From Vezdaea acicularis (Eukaryota): a stretch of 20,000 nt of DNA. A program made the translations under genes and the position numbers. The notes under the pieces were generated by a model that did no database searches, had not been told where the DNA came from, and saw nothing but the letters and a program-made list of their open reading frames with translations. Shown here piece after piece: positions 10,657 through 20,000 of this stretch. The number at the start of each line of letters is the position of its first letter. Position 1 is the first letter of the stretch. The stretch covers positions 108,038 through 128,037 of the forward strand of contig JAPEUI010000043.1 of NCBI GenBank assembly GCA_026025075.1, given 5' to 3'.

Positions 10657-11800
10657 GATCGCTATATGATCTTAAGAGTCTGGGGGACTAGATTCTATGC
10701 CATCGTGAAGCTTAGCATGCAGAGGGGAGGACGTGATAGTCATCTATACAGCTCGAAATATGTGCTTGCAGGTAGTTGAGTTAGGTCTGGCAACTCTCGC
10801 TGACGTCTTCAAAGCGGCGGTGGCTCGTGTGTCTCGGCAAGCTGTGGCTTGGGCCCCTGCCCTTGGGAAGCCGCTAGGCCTGATTCCAGAAAGGCTTCGT
10901 CAACAGAAGAAAAGTCACGACTCCGGGATAGGGGCTGGGCCTCGACCCGCGTCCATGGCCGCCTGGGATGAAGTGTGATCGATAGCAAAAGTAAACCCAT
11001 ATTGCCCCGCCATGGAAAGGAGAGAGCAGAGACTTTGCAATTCACCGATGCTGCACCTTGATAGAGGCGAGTAGCACGGCGACGTACCACGTTTCGAGTC
11101 CTATAGGTGCAGGATACGGCGATAGACAATCTTTGACTCCACTTCCTTGGCTCTCCTAGCGACAATATGCTGGGTCAAGATGCGCATGTGTCTTTGCATG
11201 TTCAGACGTAACTCAGTCCCTATGTCAATAAAGTTGCTTCTCGACCTGATCCCGCGTTGCCCGACCGAGACGGGGGTGACGGGGTACCGAAAGCCGCCTA
11301 ACCCAAACAAAGTTTCTCTGGCGACTGCAACTCTGTCTGGGCTCTCCTGTAGACTTGGCACTACTGTAGACCCTCACCACCCCGATGTCTCCGTAGTGCA
11401 CCGAATGCTCTCTTCACCCCATGATAATTAATTTGTCCGACTTCATCCCTTTACGCTCGCTAAGGATAGTCAATCCCAGCAACTGACGCACTCCCCGATC
11501 TGATCATTCGCCTCGGTCCCGTTGCAGTTAGCTCGTCGGCCATGGCAATAAGTCCGTGTTGTGGTTGACCTCAGCTCCTGACTCGGGCTCGACCTGGGGG
11601 CACAACACCGTACAGGTACACAGAACTGGAGAAGGAGGCTAGCTGGCGGGTTGTCGGGGGCGCTTCGACGCACATTATTCGATTCTATTCTCTCTTCTTT
11701 CGAAGCAACGCCCTGAGGCCTTAGCTCGCGCGAGGTCCTCGTCTTTCCGTGATCAACCTCAACTAAACGAGGAGCAACCCTGGAGCTTCGGCGAGGTGCC

Positions 11801-14800
11801 ATGATGCCAATGCGGGTAGCAGCGCAACCCCAAGGACCAAATGGAAACTCGTACGGCCTCCAATCAAGAGCGTCTAACAATTCGAGAGCCGAAGACTCCG
11901 GGTCTGGAGGTGAGCATATCGTACTCGCTACAATCTCATGCAGGCTTAATCATCCTAATTAAACCCTCTATGAGACACTCAACCTCATATACTGACTATG
12001 AACTTAGCGGAAGGACCAGCGAGAAAGAGGTTCCAGGCAAATAATACGAATGGAGAAGGAGGTGCTAGACGGACAAATCCACCGACTTCCTCCGTCAAGA
12101 ACTTCGTCGAACCTCGATCCACGTTTGCGAGTAGGAGAAGATCGGTACGAGACCAGAAAGCACCTCTTGGTCCGCGGTCGGCGGAGTTTAGCTCAAGAAC
12201 GTAAGGCCATCATTTCCCCCCCCCCCAAAAAAATGGGGTTAGACTAATCCGCCTACAGGGATAGCTTGCGAAGAACACACACCGCGACAAATACTTCCCC
12301 TTTCGTAGGGCTGACAGAGGGCGAGCGGGGCTCCACGGATCAATTACGAGATCCCAACTCTGCCTTTCGCAGCGAGGGTGGAGGGAGCAGTACAGAAAAC
12401 ACTTCGCATTCGTTAGGCTCGTTCGACTTTGAACCTTCCATCACTTTTGACGATCTACATAGCAACCTTACGTCTGGGGACACGAAAGCAGGCCTAAGTT
12501 CTGGTGCTCAAGGCGATGATAACAGGTTCGACCGTGCTTTAGAGCCATCAGACAATAATGGGGGGGTCGTAGATAGACCAGCACTACCAGTTGGTGCTGG
12601 AGGATCACGATTTGGGCGTGCTGGCTCTTTGCTAAGACGGCAAAGCATAGCATCAAAAGTAACGCAAACTCCAGTTGCGCCCACCGGCATGGAACCGCCT
12701 ACTACCAACCTCGCTACCAGATCAAAACGTCAGAGTCAAATGCCACCAAGTTCAATCGTGAACCCCGTTTCAAGACCGCGCAAGTCTATAGGTCCAGGTG
12801 TCGTAGATGCTGCTAATTTCGCGGCCAAAGTGCCTCAAAGGAGGAGGCCGAGTCTTGCGACCAATGCTGGCTTAGCATCTTTGAATACAAGAGATCAGAT
12901 CCGACCCATGGCTACTCGTCAAAGCGTCAGTGGTAGCACAAATACTAGCTCAGATGGCGGCCCTCGATTCTTAACGACGTCGAGGTCCTTGAAGGCAAAG
13001 TCTATGCATGTCCCATCTGCAAAGGAAGTTCAAGATCCGAATATGTTATTCACTCCGACTCTGACTCCAGATCACGCAAGGTCTATGTCCATCAACCAGG
13101 CTAGATCTCCCGGTAAATCTCCTGGTCGAGGGACAAATACGCCTTCATCTTCTGCGAAGCGGTTATCCACCATGCCTGCACATGTGACTGGTCTTGGTGC
13201 GAGAACGATTAGCCCAACTGATGCGCGACGTCTGAAGAGAATGTCCACCATTCAAGGACCACCTCCTATGCCAAACACTCCTCCGACACCACAGCCAGAT
13301 TTCTTAGACTCCAGATCTGCCACTCAATCTCCATCGATGATTCCGAGGAAGAGCATCACTCCTTCTTCATCTCGTACAACACCAGAGCACAACCGCAAAT
13401 CATACAGTTCAGGATTATCCATATCCTCAAATACCAGTCATAACTCGGCGCGAAACTCTATTGGTCCCACACTCGTTCAACCACGACTGCCCCAAAGCCT
13501 TTCAACTTCGAGGCTTCCAACGCCGAAGCAATCTAGAAACGTGCAGAGTGCTGCAGGCATAGAAGGGGAGGAGGTGCCCCCAGTCCCTGCCATTCCAAAG
13601 GCATTCGAGTCGCCAAAGGAGGCTGGAGATCAATTGTGCTTCCCCAGAAAGTCCAGCCTTCCCTTCGACTCCTCTAGCATTAACAGTGCTTCTGCTGGTG
13701 AGCCAGAGTACGGCAGTGTAAAGAGAAGGGAAACTTCCAAAGTTGACCGAGAGACTCGACAACGTAGAGGACTGACAATTGCGTCTGCCTCTGATGTAGA
13801 GCAGAAGGCAAAAGCTACTACTGCGTCCAGTCGAAAGAATCTGCAGCCTTTGAGCCTTCCACCCCTGAATGTACTTCCCTTAAGCACGCCTACAGTATCA
13901 AGAGTCGCAGCACTACAGGATTTCGGAGGTACTCAGGAAGATGGAACTACCATCTCTCCCAGGCGTAGTCAGATCACTACGCCTGCAACCCCAATGACGG
14001 CATCCAGAGCCAATTTCTCCACCAGATATGAGTACCCGGATGGAGCCGATGTTACAGGCTCGCTAGTACGAAGTAATAGTACGAGTCATGTTCTCCGATC
14101 AGATTCAGCCATACTACCTACTCCAGCAACTTCCAATGCCAAGACTCACAATGCCCCTGAAGCCGGCACCGGAAGATCCATGGTATCTCCATATGTATCA
14201 TCTTCTCTCCCTAAAACCAACGGAGAATACTACTACTCACGACCTTATACAAGCGGTGACAGTAACCCAGTGAATCTCAACTCCGAAAGCCGTGCGAAAC
14301 GGCTTAATGGACCACGAGCACAGACATCCGCGAAAACTTCCAAAGACGAAACTCCGATCAGCACATCAAGTCCGTCTGAGCAAGAAACACCTAGCTCGGC
14401 GTCTTCATTACGACGGAAGCTAAGTATCAGTTGGAAGAGGAGCTCATCAAAAGCATCTCATGCAGCGACAGAGCGTGATGCTGAGTATCCTCCTCAGCCG
14501 CCGAAGTACGATGACATGCCACCGCCCAAACTGCCCGCCTCTGCCGCTTGGAACAATTCAGCAGCCACGAGCCCTAGTCCTGGTGCTAAAGCTTCTTCAC
14601 ATTTTGAAAGAAGAAGGAGAAAAAGCTCAGCTTCGAGCATCACAACGGGAGCGGCGAGCACGAAAAGCGAAAGTATAGATGCTGGAAGGCCCACGAAACG
14701 AGATAACAGCGAGTCGAATCATGCAACCCCTACGTCCTCGCGTTCAGCATCGTCAATATTAGGGCCAATGCACAAAATGCTGAGCTCGAAGAGCTCTTCG

Positions 14801-16543
14801 AGCACGTTAAGGACTCGAAACGTCGATACCGGTCTTGATCGCGACGATCAAGCGGCCGAAGACGAAATGAGGAAGCTAGCGTCGAAGAGAAAGGACTTCG
14901 AAGCTGCCGCTCAAGAAATCGACGAGCTGCGCCGGAGAGCCACACCTAAGGAATGCGTTACACCTCTACAAGCCGTCCGAATGGTCAACCTTAACATTTT
15001 CGAAAAGGGCGAGATCGTTGACTACAAGGAGATCTACTTTTGTGGTACCAAAGAGGCGAAGAAGCATGTTGGTGATCTCAACGCCCAGTCCGCAAATTTT
15101 GGCTATGATGACGAGCGAGGAGACTACAACATTGTTAATGGCGACCATCTGGCGTACCGGTATGAGATCGTAGACCTTCTTGGGAAGGGGAGCTTTGGCC
15201 AAGTCGTGAGATGCGTGGACCACAAGACTGGAGGCTTGGTAGCTGTGAAAATAATTCGGAACAAGAAGCGTTTCCATCAACAAGCCTTAGTGGAGGTCAA
15301 TATTCTGCAGAAGCTTCGAGAATGGGTGAGCCTAAAGTCTATACAATCTCGGACCTTTGCTAATCTGACTTCTTTGCCAGGATCCCCATAATAGGCACAG
15401 CATGGTAAACTTCACTCAAAGCTTTTACTTTAGAGGACATCTCTGCATTTCAACGGAACTACTTGGGATTAATCTCTACGAGTTCATCAAGTCGAATGAC
15501 TTCCGAGGTTTCTCAATCAAGCTTATTCGACGATTTACGAAGCAACTCCTTAGCAGTCTGGTGCTACTCAAGAGCCATCACGTCATTCACTGCGATCTCA
15601 AGCCGGAGAATGTGCTCCTGGCTCATCCAGTACATTCTGAGATTAAGGTAATCGACTTCGGGTCCAGCTGTTTCGAGAATGAAAAGGTCTACACATATAT
15701 CCAGTCAAGATTCTACCGATCTCCAGAAGTAATATTGGGTATGACGTACGGGCTACCAATTGATATGTGGAGTATAGGATGCATCCTTGCGGAACTTTAC
15801 ACAGGATTCCCTATATTCCCAGGCGAGAATGAGCAAGAACAGCTAGCTTGTATCATGGAGGTTTTCGGGCCGCCTGAAAAGCATCTGATCGAGAAGAGCA
15901 CGAGAAAGAAGCTCTTCTTCGACTCGCTTGGCAAACCACGACTGACTGTTTCGTCGAAAGGACGTCGCAGGCGACCCAGCTCAAAGACTCTCTCGCAGGT
16001 CCTCAAATGTGACGATGAAGCCTTTCTAGACTTCATCACTCGTTGTCTCCGCTGGGATCCGGACCGACGTCTGAAGCCCGATGAGGCCTGCCACCACGAA
16101 TTCGTCACCGGTGTGAAGAAAACCATCCGCAGTCGCAACATCCAGGAGAGCGTTAACAACTCGCCCGTCAAACGCAGTAACGCAGCCTCTCAAACCCCGT
16201 TATCTCGGCCCCTCCCAGAACCGCCTACGACTAGCTTTCGCAATGGCACTGCGGTCAAAATTAGAGATCTTCCCAGCACTTCACCATCAAAGGTCAACCC
16301 TGCTAGGCGAGTGTCCAACATGAGCGCCGTGCAGAGCTCCATCGGCGTGAAACGCTCAAGCACCGGAGCGACCATCATGAACAGCTCTGCGCTACCACGT
16401 GTGGCCACCCTATCTGGGAAGAACTCCAGCTCTAAGGACTTAGCCACTGCGGCTGCTGCTATAAGCTTGGTAAGTCACCTCCCCTTCATAGGACATCCGC
16501 ACTTTCTCTAACGTCTACTGCGCAGCGTCGTGACAAAGCATGA
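11801..16543 (+). CDS. pom1: Class-2 DYRK dual-specificity protein kinase, Pom1-like, ~1491 aa; exons 11801-11909, 12008-12200, 12259-15325, 15381-16469, 16526-16543
   Basis: Long S/T/P/R-rich N-terminus, NAPA-like LNIFEKGEIVDYKEIYFCG, DH box YDDERGDY, GKGSFG, VAVK, HCDLKPEN, DFGSS, activation loop YTYIQSRFYRSPE (YxY). Four GT-AG introns (11910-12007, 12201-12258, 15326-15380, 16470-16525), each with a CTRAY branch site and phases 1, 2, 0, 0 that join into one frame. Terminal exons are less certain than the kinase core. Confidence 0.92.
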
Positions 16544-17264
16544 TATCGCGACCCTCTATCTTACCCACTTCTTGCATAGCAGAGTCACTAGGACTCTTTT
16601 CTTTCTCTTTGTCATACACACATCACAGCATCTTTCATGCGAGCGTCCTTCAGCGCCTGGTTTCTCAGCCCTTTTGCATTCTCACCCTCATTCACTATAC
16701 ATATTCCTGTCATTGGGTTGGCGTTACACTCTTTCTTACGAAGACGGGACGACTGCGCTCGATCGCGCCAGTCTTGACGATTGGAAGGAAAAACACTCCT
16801 CTAGGCGGGGGCAGGGCTAGGCAAGGAAAGCAGGGGAAAGAAGAAGACAGCTCTCAATGGATGGGTTCGAGGAGTGGCTGGCTTATGTGCGGCTGAGTGA
16901 TGTTCGCTTCTAGCGGTCTTTGAATGAGTTATCGTCATCACGCATGCATGCCTTTCTTCTCTTCTTCGAATGTGGGATAGGCATGTCTGCATAGGTGATT
17001 GTATTATATCTCCAGAGCACAGAAATTCCTGCAAGCCAGGTTCCTGCTCAAGTCTGCTTCGCAATGAATAGTCATATTTGGTAAAGCAGGAAAGCGATCT
17101 GCCTGTTACAGGATATTGAAGTATGGTGAAGCAGGGAGTGGTCTGTCTAACAGATGAAGGAGCAAGTGCTCGGCAAGAGGATGCATGAGAAATTAAAGTA
17201 GATAAGTGTGAAATACTGGAGCGCCAACTTTTTTCCACGGTTCACCATTCAGCAAGCCCCAAGC

Positions 17265-18494
17265 CTAATGTCTCCCGCTATTCACGCTAAAGGTTCTTTG
17301 CACCCTAACCCCCCTCTCCAAGTCCATCTGCTCAATCTCCGTCGGACTCCGCCGCGCATCCGTGAAGTTCCACGTCTCCTTTGGACTGAGTCTGTTCTGG
17401 TGGTCCTTGCGCTCGCTGTATGAGTATGCGCGCGATGATCCGTTCTGGCTGTCCGTCTGATTGGTTGAGGCCCAGCTCCCGAAAAGCTTGCGCCGGCTAT
17501 CGGAGGGCTCAGACGCCGATGTACTGGGTGATTCTATGAGAGAGGAGGCGGCCCACATACTTGAGAGGGGCAGGAGGATCGCAACAAGGGTGAGAACGTT
17601 GGTAGATAGCTCAGCGGTAGTGGGGAAGGGGTATTGGAGGATAGCGAAGAGGGCTAGAGGGGTGTTCAGCGAAAGCGACAAGAATAGGAAAGATGGAATT
17701 GAAGGCTTACCAGGGATGACCATTGTCTGATAACCACCTATGAAGATGATTTTCATTGGCCCGTATTGACGAAGCTTCATCTTCCGTCGTTCGTTTAGCG
17801 CGAACCCTAGCTTGGTCGTGAATACGACAGAGAAAAAGCAGACGCTGATTGTAGTCGTTATGTTCGTTGCGCTTGCTAGCCAGACGTAAGGCAGGAAGAC
17901 CTGCGCCAAGAGAATGGCTTTGGTGTTCTGTATGGATAGGAAGAGCCGGAATGCGATTGCGACTAGAGATACCACCACGGAGACTAGTAACAGAACGCGC
18001 CGGTATACCGTCTTCAGCGTTGTGCAAATCACCTGCGTCTGTAAGACCAAGGATACCTCAACACAGATTAGCAGCATCACAGTGAGCACGTCAGCAGCAA
18101 CACTGTTTGCGTAGTCACGCCTCGGTACACGGGAGTAGTCGTTCGCAAAGAAGGCGTATACTGCTGAGAAGTGGCTAGTGAAGTATACGCATTGTAAGAC
18201 GTTTCGGATGAAGTTGAGGGCCAGAGATACGGCGTTCAAAATGAAGATAGGCGATCTCCTCTTATCTGCTCTTGTAAGGAGTAGAAGTACGACCAGAAGT
18301 ATGAGTGAAGCGCCAAGTTGGCTTGCGTAATTTATGCTCGTCCTCAGGTTGTAGAAGTTGAATGAATCTAGCTCCGAGAGAGTTACGTTGAACGGCGTGC
18401 CATCTCCCATCTTCAAGGTGAAGCTTTGTGTGAAGGGGTCCCACGGTGAGGAGTCAGAAGCCGATGAAAAAGGGCTTGAGGCAGATGAAGACAT
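17265..18494 (-). CDS. STE2: Ste2-type (class D GPCR) alpha-factor pheromone receptor (PreB/Pre-2), ~390 aa; exons 18494-17711 and 17653-17265
   Basis: N-terminal DPFTQSFTL..DGTPFNV, INYASQLGAS in TM1, seven hydrophobic segments, KLGFAL..RRKMKLRQYGPM (ICL3), TM7 LVAILLPLSSMWA, Ser/Thr-rich tail. Intron 17710-17654 (GTAAGC...GCTGAAC...CTAG, phase 1) restores ...MVIP-A-LFAILQY. Confidence 0.93.
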   Translation of the reverse strand: MSSSASSPFSSASDSSPWDPFTQSFTLKMGDGTPFNVTLSELDSFNFYNLRTSINYASQLGASLILLVVLLLLTRADKRRSPIFILNAVSLALNFIRNVLQCVYFTSHFSAVYAFFANDYSRVPRRDYANSVAADVLTVMLLICVEVSLVLQTQVICTTLKTVYRRVLLLVSVVVSLVAIAFRLFLSIQNTKAILLAQVFLPYVWLASATNITTTISVCFFSVVFTTKLGFALNERRKMKLRQYGPMKIIFIGGYQTMVIPGKPSIPSFLFLSLSLNTPLALFAILQYPFPTTAELSTNVLTLVAILLPLSSMWAASSLIESPSTSASEPSDSRRKLFGSWASTNQTDSQNGSSRAYSYSERKDHQNRLSPKETWNFTDARRSPTEIEQMDLERGVRVQRTFSVNSGRH

Positions 18495-19617
18495 CTTGTG
18501 AAGTGATAGCGCTTGAGACTCTGAAGTTTTATGTGACTTTGATAGAAGTAAATGGCTTCTCTCGGCGGAAAATGAGAGAAAGAAGAAGCTTCGAGCAAGA
18601 TAATATGCTGAGGAAACTATCTTGAGAGAATATGCGGAGATGATGGAGCTGTCAAGGAGGAGTATAGAGTTGCGAAGGGAGAGTAGTGGATAAGAATGAG
18701 AAAGACATAAGACGATGAGGATCTTACGACCATATAAGAAGATAGACAATATGACACGGTAGGCAGCTTAAGCATGAAACCATTAGATTGTTGTGGGCGG
18801 GAATCCATTGAATACCCGCCAGCCTGCAGAGGTTTGGATGCCATTGTTCTCACGGTTTGGCATCACCGGCAGTAGAGATCACATCCACGGCTCTCGGGCC
18901 TAGACGATAGCTAAGAAACACCTCAATTCTCAAACCGTACTGCAACGGGGACTAGTCTTCGACCGAATGCAGATCTCTACAGCTCGTTAAAGGATATGGT
19001 TAGCGTCACATTTCTTACGATTGTTGTCGTGCATGAGGGGGCGCGTAGGCGAGCGAGACCCGTCTCGTCAGACAATTCTAGCCAGACATCAGAAAAGTGA
19101 ATGAAAAAAATAATGACTCGTACACTCCTGGTCGGTGCAAATTGTGACACGGATGCTCTTGCTGCATAAACTAGCAATCACTCAAGTTCCTGCGAGTGAA
19201 GAACCGGGTGTTCTTCACTCGCAGGGCTCTGCACCACAGCTTTGAGTGTTGAGTCTCTAAGCCAGCTGACCATTGCAATTCCATCCGTAATTTCTCTGAC
19301 GGATGTGTCATTTTCCCTTATAAATTTAAAGGTCGAAAATCGAATTTTTTTGGGTGTATCTGATAGTTGTATTTTTCTAGGTGAATTTGTGCTGCATTAT
19401 CAAAGATCTGGTTCATCGGCACGGCTTGGCCAAGTCTTGACGGAACCTCAACAAAACCTCCATATCGAGGATATTATGATCCAACTAACATGGCGGCTAC
19501 GATAGCTTTTGGCTTATTTGAGAACGCTTATACTGCGTCTTTCTTTGGAGATCATATCGTGTAAGCGGCGTTACATGGCCAGACTTTGGGCTGATATCTT
19601 GCTCTGTACTTCGAGCC

Positions 19618-19764
19618 ATATCACGTGACCATACACTCGCTGCTTGCTATCTTACGGCATGGTTGACCTTTGAACATACCAAAATGCTGAAAAGAACTTC
19701 AATACCATTCAAAAACCCAGAGCCTGTCTCTGTCATAAATTCAAGAGAAACCCTATATCACGTG
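19618..19764. promoter_or_regulatory. Two copies of ATATCACGTG (bHLH E-box, Cbf1/SREBP-type core)
   Basis: Identical 10-mer at 19618-19627 and 19755-19764; function and target gene are inferred only. Confidence 0.3.
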
Positions 19765-20000
19765 CATGGCGACACTTTCGTGTTCTGCATTTTACGCGAA
19801 AGTCGCGTCTCCCTTCCTGTTGCCCCGCTTTGACGTTCTGTGTCAAAGGCTGCATATTTGGCGACCGGCGGATGATCAGGGAGATGGCCAGCTTAAAGGC
19901 TCAGATTGTCTGGCATGACGACTCTGGAACCGAGAAGGTATTCAACCTGACTAGTGGAAGCCAATCGACTTCATACACGATCTCTAGATTAAAGGGGTCC

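Noticed and set aside
11841..12044. METRTASNQ ORF as kinase exon 1
   Set aside because: Gives phase 0 at the 11910 donor, incompatible with the branch-proximal 12007 acceptor; the 11801 frame fits.
18495..18749. 85-aa N-terminal extension of Ste2 from ATG 18749
   Set aside because: L/S/F/Y-rich translation of a pyrimidine-rich leader; the ATG at 18494 (A at -3) gives the normal distance to the DPFTQ motif. Not fully excluded without TSS data.
1..20000. Transposon, secondary-metabolite cluster, MAT locus or horizontally acquired island
   Set aside because: No transposase/RT, PKS/NRPS, alpha-box or HMG ORF, APN2/SLA2, terminal repeats or AT-rich RIP block seen; all genes are typical intron-containing fungal genes.

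Overview
Gene-dense, intron-containing eukaryotic DNA from a filamentous ascomycete (Pezizomycotina-type short GT-AG introns of 55-108 nt, mostly with CTRAY-like branch sites). Six protein-coding genes can be reconstructed by hand: (1) the 3' part of an NCE102/MARVEL eisosome membrane protein (+, runs in from the left edge, stop 461); (2) a Cys-type glutathione/thioredoxin peroxidase HYR1/GPX (-, 2083-2760, possibly from 2919); (3) a secreted SUN-family (GH132) beta-glucanase (-, 4102-5448); (4) a Pex24/28/29-family dysferlin-domain peroxin (-, 9079-10656); (5) a ~1491-aa Pom1-like class-2 DYRK kinase (+, 11801-16543); (6) a Ste2-type alpha-factor pheromone receptor (-, 17265-18494). I see no transposon, RNA gene, CRISPR or prokaryotic feature, and no evidence of a new multi-gene system; this looks like ordinary conserved euchromatin. 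The most worthwhile leads are gene-level: a candidate dual-start (mitochondrial/cytosolic) peroxidase, a stop-free in-frame intron plus unusual TM6 residues in Ste2, a probable large 5'-UTR intron in the SUN gene, kinase exons missed by the ORF track, and a repeat-rich C-then-G strand-asymmetric spacer between NCE102 and GPX.
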